NCBI RefSeq assembly: GCF_018350175.1
Contig: NC_058368.1
Span: 65,908,001 to 65,972,000 of the forward strand
DNA: 64,000 nucleotides
DNA from: Felis catus
Lineage: Eukaryota
Reading direction: 5' to 3'
Part shown: piece by piece, positions 36,911 through 47,531 of the stretch
How positions within the stretch are numbered: position 1 is the first letter of the stretch
Layout: every line of letters begins with the position of its first letter
Translations under genes and position numbers: made by a program
The notes under the pieces: model-generated
The model's input: the letters and a program-made list of their open reading frames with translations, nothing else
Told to the model about the DNA's origin: nothing
Database searches by the model: none

Positions 36911-38154
36911 TTGTATGCCCTCCAGTACCATCTCTCCCTACCACCCACTATTAAAAACCTCACTCATCTTTTAAACCAAGTTCATTTCCTACATACTCCA
37001 TGGGTCTTTATGTGATCAGTTATTAGAGACACTCATTTGGCTCAGGCATTGCCTCTTCTGTGTATAGCTTCATCCATCCCAACTAAATCACAAAGAAGAA
37101 CACATCCTGTCCTTTAACACTATGTTTTGCACATTTTGTGTTGATTAATAGTTTAGAGTGATACTTGTCATAACAGTGTCTCGGGATTGTCCAAGCAGAG
37201 AATAGGGATGACAGCAGGCTACCCAAACAGCTGTTACAGGATGAGCTTAAGTGCAATGACCGGAGGAGGTTTATACAAACTACCCAGAAGATGGAGCAGA
37301 GCCATGGAATGCTGGGAAATCATCACATCTGACACATTGCATTGGTATGCAGCAAGCAGAAATGGGATGGCTCGTTTTAAACAAAGACTTTGGGCAGATT
37401 ATGAGGTTAAAGGGTAGAACTGCAGATAGAAACAAACCTTGCAAATAGCAACTGCAGCTGCAAAGGGCACAGGGCATCTTGATGAGAACTTATTGTGGTA
37501 AAGGATGTGCAGGTCATAAATCAGTCAGAAGCCACATCTACACCCCAAAGAGGTATCGCGTTAGTGATGTGATCATCCACAAGGATTACAAGACAATGCA
37601 CAGTGATAGCCTATCAGATCTGTCAGAAAGAGGGAAAATGAGATTCTGTTTTGGGAATGGTCTAGTAAAAAGCATAACATTCTTTGGGATGGTTTTAATG
37701 TCATTCTTATCTTTACTTTTAGATTTGTGTTAATTTTTTCTAAGAATTCATATTCTTGTCTCTCCAGATAATGAGGGAAAATCTCTTTTCCCTCCTCATT
37801 TCCATTGCAGTGCTGTACAAGAGTGACAGCAGAGGAGAGAAATGTGATGCTGATATTACAAGGAACTGGATTCAAAGCATCATTTTGCCTCTTCTTGTAG
37901 AGTTTTGGATAACTGGGATAACCTTAATAAACCTTTCCATGAAGCCTTAAATAAGCAGAAAGAGACCCAGACAAAGAGAAAAATAAGGAGTGAAAGACCA
38001 AAATAAAGAACCAAAAAGGTTTGTGAAGAATCACGCCCACAACTGGTGATTTTGTAAGCCAGACTTTGTTCCTCTGAAGAATATCAGAAAATTAAAAATC
38101 AATGAATCTTAGAACAAATACTTTGAGTTCTCTGATATTACTTCAGAGACATGT

Positions 38155-38290
38155 AACTATTAGAAAACTTTGGTTGCAGGCAATAGAAACCATTTTTTTT
38201 TTTAGCTTCCACAGACAAAAGGGGAATTTATTGTAAGGATGCAGGGTTGTCTCAGAACCCCAGGGCAAGAATGCAGCCTGACTCCTGAAA
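38155..38290 (-). mobile_element. Old MaLR/ERVL LTR fragment (MLT1M/N-like)
   Basis: 'ttggttgcaggcaatagaaacc...agcttccacagacaaaaggggaatttattgtaaggatgcagggttgtctcagaaccc'. Confidence 0.5.
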
Positions 38291-38632
38291 CAAATACAAA
38301 GAGCACTTACTGTCTCGCTTTCTCTCTCTCTATCTCCCCCTTTTCCTCCCTCCCCCACCGTATCCTGTTGTTCTTAGCTTTGGCAGAGTGTCTTTCTCAA
38401 TTATTCAGGTCACCTACTGGAAAATGCCATGCCTCCAGACTTAGCATCTTCTGTCTTCAAGAGACCAGCAACTGGAAACTTCCAGTCCTAATTCCAATCT
38501 CTCAGAGAAGGATCTCCAATTTGCCAAATTTTCACCACATATAACAAATAGCTGATAATGACTAAATGATAATGATGGAGTAAGTGCTAGTGACACTGTA
38601 TTTCAAAGACCCATTCATTGTCAAGTGTACTA

Positions 38633-38754
38633 TTCCGTGATCTAAATCCAACATTTAACAAGATCCCACGGAGATTGTCATTGTGTGTGAAATTTCCGTG
38701 ATCTAAATCCAACATTTAACAAGATCCCACGGAGATTGTCATTGTGTGTGAAAT
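38633..38754. repeat. Perfect 61-bp tandem duplication (2 copies)
   Basis: TTCCGTGATCTAAATCCAACATTTAACAAGATCCCACGGAGATTGTCATTGTGTGTGAAAT at 38633-38693 and 38694-38754. Confidence 0.97.
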
Positions 38755-39894
38755 AAAGCCTTCCATAAATAATAACATTTTTCATTGAACATATCACCAA
38801 ATACTTAAAGCAACTGAGTCACCATGTTGATATCTATGCTATATAGAAAAGCATCTGCGTTAAATTTACGTGTAAGAGATGGAAAACACAGGAGAGAATG
38901 TGTATTTGAATGATTTGCACCTCCAACACCACCTTTCATCCACTTTAAGTATCTTTATTCCCCTGTATAATACCCTCTGTTTAAGAGTCACGTGCCACTT
39001 AGAGCTCAATGCAGTGGAGGATAAAATTCTGAGAGTGATAAAATGAATGATTATTTGGTAGCTTTTAAAAAATCAAAGAGCTGATTCTAATAAGGACTTG
39101 TTTTTCTGCCTAGGAGATATGTCTAGATTCTCTCCACTCCCTTTTAATTAACTAGTTAATTTGTTATGAGTGACTGTCAAAAATTTATATTCAAAAGGCA
39201 TGTTTATTTGACATAAACATGTGGATGTGAGAGCAAGAGTGAACTTTCCAATTTTTGTCACAGCGATTAGGTGAGAGCACAGGCAGGACAAATCTAGTAA
39301 AAAGAATTAGATAATACCTTCTTAAAAGTAAATAAAAATCTACAAATTCCTTGAAGGAAGTGTAGGGCTTAAAATGGTAGGTAAGATCTGTAACCTTCCA
39401 GTTACTAAGAAGGATGCCTTCAAAAAGAAATGTGTTCAGAGATGTGCTATAATCCTTTATTTTATTTAAATTTTCTTAATAATAATATTTAACAACCAAA
39501 CAGTCTTTCTTTGTTCTAACACTTCATTGATCTAGCAATCTTGTTGACATAATTTGGGGCAAAAATAGAATTTTCTCTTCCATTTTCCATGGGGTGGATT
39601 GTGGTGTTTTTCAAGATTTTGTCTAATTATGGTTTCCCACCTAACTTTGAAGACACTTGATCTGTACTCCTTAATCACTGCTGTTAGAAAAGTATAGTGT
39701 TGTGAACAATTGTCATCACTCTATGTAGAAACTTCTATGGCTGGAATCTTTCCTTAGCAAATAATACTAAGATATCACCGATTTTTTTAATCTTTATTAA
39801 GATGGATTGATGGAAAGGTAGATAATAATAATTGATTCAAAGTCGCTGAGGAAAGGAGAGACTGAGTTAGACCTCTAAGGTTGTAACTCTATTT

Positions 39895-40130
39895 TTATTT
39901 TATTTTATTTTATTTTATTTTATTTTATTTTAAGACAGAGAGAGAGACAGAGAGACAGAGACAGAGCGTGACTCAGGGAAGGGGCAGAGAGAGGGAGACA
40001 CAGAATCCGAAGCAGGCTCTAGTCTTCAAGCTGTCAACACAGAGCCTAACTTGGGACTTGAACCCATGAACGGTGAGATATGACCTGAGCCAAAGTTGGA
40101 CCCTTAACCGACTGAGCCACCCAGGTGCTC
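39895..40130 (-). mobile_element. Can-SINE with (TTTTA)n tail
   Basis: Perfect 20-bp TSD CTAAGGTTGTAACTCTATTT at 39875-39894 and 40131-40150. Confidence 0.97.
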
Positions 40131-40949
40131 CTAAGGTTGTAACTCTATTTAGTAACTTCATCAGACTAATGAGACCAGATAAAATTTACTTGCCTATAGA
40201 AAAATAATCACATCAGAATAAAGAAACAATAATTTGCTGTTTGATCTCATCGTAGGACAGTGATTCCTTCTCAAATGGAAGTTTACAAGAATACAGATAT
40301 CTTTACTGCCCTAGAGAAGAAACAAAAATATATGAAAGTCTTTCACAGGAGGCAAAGATAGGCTGCAGAGAATGAAAATGTAAGTTAAAAAAAAAAAGGA
40401 AAGAAAAGAATTGTATGACCCAAGAAGACTTTCTTCATAAAGATTAGCCATTTTAAAAGTTTTATCACAGCAGTTCGCAGCCACAAAGATTTCTGCCTAA
40501 AGGTAAAGGAAGTTTAACCAAGAATGACCAACAGTTCAGCCAATAACTCAGATTAAAAGAGAAAGGAATAAATTGCAGGCTTCATAAATGCTTTCAGTAT
40601 GTCAAGGTCAGATAAGGACAAGGGTCTGAATAGAAATGATTTTGGAAGTCTGTGAATAGTTATGATACTATGTGATTAGAGCACAAATGAGGCCCCCTAC
40701 TGAATTTTGGAAGTGACAGATCATGGCCTGATTGAACTGCAGAGTCCCAGGATAAATCAGTGAATGGATCTACGGCCAATGTGAAATCAAGGCTGAGAAA
40801 CAACTATGGCACCATGGGCTCCCTTTGTGTTTGTAGCATTTATACTGGATTCCTATTGGCAGTGATAAAACATGGTGATGGAAATAGCGGTGGTTCTAAC
40901 TCCCTCCTTAGCGCTTATCATCACCTGAGACCTATAGTTGTTTATTAAC

Positions 40950-41062
40950 TGCCTTTCCCACTAGAATAAAAGTGATACAAAGGCAAGCCCCTGAGTGTCT
41001 TGTTGATCTGTGTGTCTCCAGAGCCTAGAACTATGCCTGGCACCCAACAAATACCTGCTCCA
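40950..41062 (+). mobile_element. L2 3' end relic
   Basis: 'ccactagaataaaagtgatacaaaggcaag...tgtcttgttgatctgtgtgtctccagagcctagaactatgcctggcacccaac'. Confidence 0.7.
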
Positions 41063-41416
41063 TAAGATATGACACTTGTTTTTTGGAGAAGTAGAAGCAT
41101 GTAAGAGCCTTCTGCAAAGAAAATGCTAGAACAATAAAAACAGGCTGTATTCAAAACAAAACCTAAACCGTAATGGTGACCCTGTTCTGAAGGCCTATTA
41201 CTGAGTATTTAGTAAGGACCATTTATATCTGTTTTATAAAATATTGTGGACTGGGTGAGGGAAGAAAAGTAAGAAAAACATAATGATAGTCATATCGAAA
41301 GGGCAGAGAATAGCACTGCAGTTATTTGTTCTGGGGGAAAAAATAGTAACTATTAAGAAAAGAAAAGCCTCCGTGAAAATTACTCCAGAGAAAGGACAAA
41401 AATATGAGTAACAAAT

Positions 41417-41590
41417 GGGACTTTCCAGCCAATCCAGTTCCCAGAAGAAAAGTTCATTGTTATCATTCTATCTGATCAAGTCCTGTTTGAAATGGCTGAC
41501 CCCTCTTAAGGAAACCTTAGTTATCAGCCTCAACGGCCCTTTGATGTGACTCATGATTGAGTGCTCAGATATAGTGAATGGAAGTGAAAG
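41417..41590. promoter_or_regulatory. Candidate cytokine/inflammation-responsive enhancer (motif cluster)
   Basis: GGGACTTTCC (41417-41426), TTCCCAGAA (41438-41446), CCTTTGATG (41538-41546), TGACTCA (41547-41553) and GGAAGTGAAAG (41580-41590) lie in apparently unique sequence. Function is inferred. Confidence 0.45.
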
Positions 41591-42559
41591 CATTTTAGGA
41601 AAGAAATTCTCCCAAGTCAAACTTCTTAACCTTCAGTTGAGAAGCAGCTCTACACATAAAATGACTTCCATGCTGTCTTTCTCAGGTTTCTCAGTTTCCA
41701 TTTTCCAAAAGAGGCTATCTTTTGCTTTGTGTATAATCCCTCTCCCTCCCCCCAACCCCATCTCCAGATGTATCTCCCACCTCCTTGGCCCATCCCAGGC
41801 TGGTCGTATGGCAGCTTTTACTAAACTTTCTGTGTGTCTGTTTTGTGAGGAACCCCGGGACAGAATCAAAGACGAAGTTAGAAGGGAATGTTCTAGCTGG
41901 TGTGTATGTGAGTGTTTGTGGAGTTTTGTCCACGGTGGAGGGAGCTCGGAGGAAGGGATTGGAGGATGAATCTAATGGAACATTGATCTCACCTCTATGG
42001 GAACCATTTGGGATATCTTTAACCCTGACATATCAGCCCTGCCTCTGACCCCAGATTGGTCTCAGTGGCCGATTTAGTGTGGTGGTCCCCAATAGCAAAG
42101 CTGATACCCCAGCGTCCTAGAAGATTCCTGATGTGTCAGGTGAAGGTGAGGCTTGGCGTTCCAAAGCCCTTGTCTCCTGCCCTTAATCCAGTCAGCACTA
42201 AACAGATCATTGACCCTGACAGGATCAGTAAAATTTAATGAATTATTCAGAAGTGCTCATTTGTTTACAGGTAAGATAAACTTGGCTTCATAGAGGGTAC
42301 TCAGGCCCCAAGGGCTCCCCAGGGTGCTATGTGTCAGAGTTCACATAACCAAAAGCAATGTATGCATTTCCTGTTCCTGCAGTGCAACCCTGTGCTATAT
42401 CCCCAAACACCCCAGACATTCAGATACAGCCTTCTTTGAAAGCAGAAAGCATTGTTGTCTCTGAGAGGTGATTTAATGGACAGTGTAAAGATGCTCTGTT
42501 TTTCACTCAAATACCTTTTTAACTTTTTTTTAAAATTCTTTAACGTTTCATTTATTTTT

Positions 42560-42766
42560 TTTTCAACGTTTATTTATTTTTAGGACAGAGAGAGACAGAG
42601 CATGAACGGGAGTGGGGCAGAGAGAGAGGGAGACACAGAATCGGAAACAGGCTCCAGGCTCCGAGCCATCAGCCCAGAGCCTGACGCGGGGCTCGAACTC
42701 ACGGAGCGCGAGATCGTGACCTGGCTGAAGTCGGACGCCTAACCGACTGCGCCACCCAGGCGCCCC
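42560..42766 (-). mobile_element. Young felid Can-SINE (SINEC_Fc-type) inserted in the tail of another SINE
   Basis: CpG-rich body 'gagccatcagcccagagcctgacgcggggctcgaactcacggagcgcgagatcgtgacctggctgaagtcggacgcctaaccgactgcgccacccaggcgcccc'; perfect TSD AACGTTTCATTTATTTTT at 42542-42559 and 42767-42784. Confidence 0.97.
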
Positions 42767-42960
42767 AACGTTTCATTTATTTTTGAGAGACAGAGTGGGA
42801 GCAGGGGAGAGTCAGCGAGAGGAAGACACAAAATCCCAAGCAAGCTCCAGGCTCTGAGCTGTCAGCACAGAGCCCGATGCAGGGCTCGAACCCATGAACC
42901 GTGAGATCATGACCCAAGCTGCAGCCGGATGCTTAACCGACTGAGCTACCCAGGTGCCCT
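42767..42960 (-). mobile_element. Can-SINE (host of the young SINE; remainder of its tail at ~42527-42541)
   Basis: Body and antisense head 'gagctacccaggtgccct'; TSD TCAAA(T/C)A(C/T)CTTTTTAACTTT at ~42507-42526 and 42961-42980. Confidence 0.93.
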
Positions 42961-42980
42961 TCAAACATCTTTTTAACTTT

Positions 42981-43198
42981 AAAAAAAAATGTTTTTTAAA
43001 CTTCATTTATTTTTGAGAGAGAGACAGAGTGTGAGCAGGGGAGGAGCAGCGAGAAAGAGGGAGACGCAGAATCCAAAGCAGGCTCCAGGCTCCGAGCTGT
43101 CAGCACAGAGCCTGACATGGGGCTCGAACCTGCAAACCATGAGATCATGACGTGAGCCAAAGTTGGACACTCAACCGACTGAGTCACCCAGGTGCCCC
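42981..43198 (-). mobile_element. Can-SINE
   Basis: Full body and antisense head 'gagtcacccaggtgcccc'; TTTTTAACTTT on both sides. Confidence 0.95.
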
Positions 43199-43439
43199 TT
43201 TTTAACTTTTAATGCAAGGTCTAAGTGAGGGGTAGATGGGAGGTGTTAACTTCTAAACAGAGTTTAGAGGTGTTCAAGGACAAGGTCCACATGTGTTCAT
43301 TGTAGAACCCTCTGAGAAAAATCCAGAATCATCAGAAAAGCAGTGTGATGAGACCTCCTTACTAGAGAATCTGTTTGACAGCCGCAGGTCTCATATATGT
43401 ATCAGCCAGACCCAACAGGGACCGAGGCTAGGTGGCTAC

Positions 43440-44178
43440 ACCTTCAGAAAATTGCCCACTTGCTAAAATGTATTTGTAGTCCCCAAATCAGTACTCACAA
43501 ATTTTTCAGTCATGCACGTACAGAGCAGTAAAAATTTGAGTCTTCTGCATTCCCAACTGAGGTTGAACTAGGTGAGCTCTTCTTGTTTTACCCGTCATAG
43601 AGATGCGCAGAGGATAGAGGGGACCCAGGCAGTGCAGGTAGCTCGAGAAGCTTAGGCTCTGGAGCTAGTTGAATGGAGTTTGACTACCAGTTCTGGCACA
43701 TGTTAGTGGGGGCAGTCTCAGGCAAGTTACTTCACATTACGAACCTTCATTTTCTCATTTGTAAAATAATGCAAACAGAACCTGGGGTGCCTGGGTGGCT
43801 CAGTCAGTTAAGCAACCTACTTTGGATCGGGTCATGATCTCACGGTTCATGGGTTCGAGCCCTGCATCAAGGTCTGTGCTGACAGCTCAGAGCCTGGAGC
43901 CTGCTTTGGATTCTGTGCCTCCCTTTCTCTCTGCCCCTCCCCTGCTCGCTCTCTCTCTGTCTCTCAAAAATAAATAAAACTTTAAAAAAATTTAAAGAAA
44001 ATAGGACCTAACAGGATAAATTGTTTTTAGAATTGAAGACTCTAATCTATGTGAGAGGTGGGGTGGGGGGGGGGTGTGGGTGTGGGTGTGGGTGTGGGTG
44101 TATGTGTGTATTTCCCCTAGGGACAGCGGTTCAGTATTCACTGTGACTTTGTATAACTACCACAAGTAACCAGAATTG

Positions 44179-44182
<4 letters not shown>
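43440..44182 (-). mobile_element. MER82-like Tc1/mariner (Tigger-family) element carrying MIR-like internal sequence and a SINE
   Basis: Left 'cacttgctaaaatgtatttgtagtccccaaatcagtactcac...cagtcatg' and right 'tgtatttcccctagggacagcggttcagtattcactgtgactttgtataactaccacaagtaaccagaattgact' match the two ends of the recalled MER82 consensus in antisense. Confidence 0.75.
43784..43997 (+). mobile_element. Can-SINE
   Basis: Head GGGGTGCCTGGGTGGCTCAGTCAGTTAAG; decayed TSD aaacagaacct / aaataggacct. Confidence 0.96.

Positions 44183-44233
<51 letters not shown>
44183..44233. repeat. (TG)n microsatellite
   Basis: Directly visible. Confidence 0.97.
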
Positions 44234-44235
<2 letters not shown>

Positions 44236-44419
44236 TTTTCCCCCCCTTGGCCAATTACAGGGATATGTATTCCTAGATACAAAGATATGTGGCATGATAA
44301 TGAAATACAAACTGCAGTCTATTTGCCTGGAGGTGTTGAAAAAGCTTCCTGCTGAGGTGACATTCAGCTAGATCTTGAAGGATGAGTAAGAGCTCAACTC
44401 AAAAGAGGAAAGAGTGTGA

Positions 44420-44630
44420 ACAAGGGCTTTGGTTATCAGAGAGTGATGGATTCAAATCAAGACTTCCTAACTTGTATGACCTTGGACATATCACTTGACC
44501 CCTATGACTTTTTCCTCACCTCTATGATAACATAGAGCTTTAAGTGTTACAAAAATTGAACCATGTAATGTTTATTAAATGCCAACCTTATTTACTGGTT
44601 GATCAATGACAGAAGCTGAATAAATGGCGT
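44420..44630 (+). mobile_element. MIR SINE relic
   Basis: 'ggattcaaatcaagacttcctaacttgtatgaccttggacatatcacttgacccctatgactttttcctcacctcta'. Confidence 0.65.
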
Positions 44631-45164
44631 TGATATTAACTAGGGAGTTTTAGAGAAAGACAACAGTACACACAAAAGCACAGCGGCCTTCATCCTGATG
44701 TGCAAGTGATTTCGTATTACTGAAAGCAGAAGGTATTGGAGGTACTGCCGGAGATAATGCAGGAAGATGAGCACCATCCAGATCAGAGACTAGTGCTTAG
44801 CTTAGTACTCTTGTATGTGAGCTTTATCTTGCAGTTCATGGAGAGGCTGTGAAAGATATGTCTATTAATTACTGCACTATCATTCTTAGACATGCATGAA
44901 ACCTCCTTCAGATAATATATTGGTATACAAAAATATTCTGTCATTATTCTTTACTATTTCAGAAGTGCCTTCCCTCCAATTAGTTCAAATTAATGAGGCT
45001 TTTGCTTGGAATATTTATAGCAAAGCATTTGTACATTGGTTTCTTTTTAAATTAGTTCCTTTCGAGCCCGGAATATTCTCATGATTCTGGGAAGATAAAA
45101 TATGGCAGATGGGCCTTTCTGTTTTGTTCAAAACCATTTTTAAAACTCTTGCTCTTGGTGGAGT

Positions 45165-45840
45165 CGATTGGCTTAGGGTTGCCATAATGAATCTTCACAA
45201 ACTGGGTGGCTTAAAACAATGGAAATTTATTCTGGAGGCCAGAAGCTTGACCCGGAGGGGTCAGCAGGGTGGGTTCTTTCTGGAGGCCCTGAGGGAGATG
45301 TCTGTCCCCTGCTTTTATCTTCTTCTGGCTCTCAGTAACCTTTGACATTCCTTGGGTTATGGCTGCACCTTCAGTACAGGCTGATCTCATCCTAAGTTCA
45401 TTAATTTAATTATATCTGAAAATACCCTATATCTAAATAAGGTCACTGCCTTCATTCAGGATGCTATAGCAACATGCTATAAACTGGGTGGCTTATAAAC
45501 AACAGAAATTTATTTCTCACTGTTCTGGAGGCCGGAAGTCCAAGATGGGGATGGTCAGATTCTGGTGTGTGGGGGTTCTTTTCTGGGCCGCATGTGGCCG
45601 TCAAAGAGGCTGAGACAGCTTTCTGGGGTCTATTTAAAAAGGCACTAATCCTATTAGGAGGGCTCCACCCTCATGACCCGATTACCTTCCAAAGGCCCCA
45701 CCTTTCAATACCATCATGTTGGGAGTTAGGATTCCAGTGTATGAATTGGGAGAGGGGGGCACAAACATCCAGTCCATAACAGTTGCATTCACAGGAACTA
45801 AGGGTTAGGACTTGGACATACCTTTTTGAGGGACACAGTG
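45165..45840 (-). mobile_element. MLT1B/C-like LTR split by a nested MLT1A-like LTR
   Basis: Outer LTR 'cttagggttgccataatgaatcttcacaaactgggtggcttaaaacaa...aaataaggtcac' resumes at ~45787 as 'attcacaggaactaagggttaggacttggacatacctttttgagggacaca'. Confidence 0.75.
45446..45781 (-). mobile_element. MLT1A-like solo LTR
   Basis: 'cattcaggatgctatagcaacatgctataaactgggtggcttataaacaacagaaatttatttctcac...ggctccaccctcatgacc...ccaaaggccccacc...acaaacatccagtccataaca'. Confidence 0.85.
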
Positions 45841-46548
45841 AGAATAGAGAATAAGTTAAAACATGATTAAAAACCTACTTTAAATATTTCAAATATCCAT
45901 AGGCCACCTGTCTTGCCCCTGCTAAAGAGGTCAAAGGGGGAAGAATCTACCACCAGATAGCTTTTACTGAAAGTTTGTTGGTCTTTCTTTCATTGTGAGT
46001 AAGCCCCTGGTGTCTGTGTATACTCATTAGGGGCAGAAATCAGCTTTATCTGAAAAAGGATGTTGAGGTCACTTCTGTGCAAAATTAAAGCGAGAGAAAT
46101 ACATTCTTTACAAATGTTCACCCCTTTGAAACACCTTCACTGTCTCAGTGTTGTCCTTTGCTATAACATTTTTGGAAAAACAGCTTTCAATTGAGCCATT
46201 TTCTCTCATCACATTTGCCCTCTGTCTGGAAATGAGAGTCTCTAATTTCAAGTACTAAAGGTCTCTAGTTTTTCTTCTGTAACAAAATCTCCTGTGGATA
46301 TTGAATGATTATGCATTTTTTCCAGTCTTCAAGGATGCCATTTCTCCCTTCCTCCTTCTTTCGTGGGTGGGGGGAAGGTGAGGTAGGCATATTTATCTTC
46401 ACACTGGAAAAGGAGGGGATGGAAAGGACCTTTGATCATTCACAGTGATTCATTATTGAAGGGTGAACTGCCTGACATTTAAAAGCTTTAATGCAGATTC
46501 ACTGCAGATTCAGACTGAGGACCCCTCTCGTCAAAAAAAACAAAGAAG

Positions 46549-46750
46549 CGGGGCATCTGGGTGGCTCAGTTGGTTACGCATCTGACTCTTGATATCGGCT
46601 CCTGTCATGATCTCACAGGTTCGTGGGTTTGAGCCCTGCGTCAAGTTCTGCAACAATAGCAGGGCCTGCTTGAGATTCTCCCTTTCTCTCTGCCCCTCCC
46701 CTGCATGCACTGTGTCTCTCAAAAGAAATTTATTAAAATTTAAAAAAACA
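46549..46750 (+). mobile_element. Can-SINE
   Basis: Head GGGGCATCTGGGTGGCTCAGTTGGTTA; approximate TSD aaaacaaagaagc / aaaacagagcagc. Confidence 0.95.
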
Positions 46751-47210
46751 AAAACAGAGCAGCAAAGATCCAGGTGTCCGTTGACAGGGTTTATTGTGCT
46801 GTTTCTTCCTTGTCTGCTTTAGGCTTCCTGAACTGTCTGTTCCTAGATATTCCCCTTCATTCTATGAACACCAGTTGGCTGAACTATTCAGGTCCACATT
46901 TAATTTCACTGTTTCACTTTATTATTGATCTATATTGTAAGTTTTTTTAAAAAATCTTCCTCATTAGATTTTAAACTCCTTAAGGACAGAAACTACATTG
47001 CTCGTTCACTTCTTGTATCCTTACTGTAATCCCACACAGCTATTCGGCAAACCCTTATTGAGTTCTTGAAAGTTAAAGATCCAAATTGATTTTAAAATTT
47101 CTCATCGGTCCTACTTCCAAACAAAGCACTGACCTCTGTCTTATTAGGATGCCATTTTACCATAGCCACTAATTAGAAGCAGGTGTTTCCTTTAATTCTA
47201 CTTAACTAAT

Positions 47211-47253
47211 ATGCAGCGAGAAGAGTAAAGATGCAGCGAGAAGAGTAAAGATG
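47211..47253. repeat. Perfect 20-bp tandem duplication
   Basis: ATGCAGCGAGAAGAGTAAAG x2, followed by ATG. Confidence 0.95.
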
Positions 47254-47531
47254 ACCAGGAGAGGAGAAAATAAATGGGATGGAAATGAGTAAACACCCAG
47301 AAGTCTGGAAGAACACAGAGAAAAAAATGCAAATTTAAAAAAAAAAACCTCAAAGACTGAGAAAATTTATGAGAGTGGAAGAGACATTCCCTTAACTCTA
47401 TGGAGAAACTCAGCTGTGTCTACCTTATTCCTAGAAATGTGTCTGTAGTTTAGGAATTTGAAATCATCCAAGATCGTTAGCCATAAGGATCTTAGATCCC
47501 TAACCAAAATTGACAATTATGTGCCTCTAGG

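Noticed and set aside
41553..41969. 138-aa ORF next to the motif cluster
   Set aside because: No recognisable domain or splice structure, and the length is compatible with chance in a locally GC-richer region.
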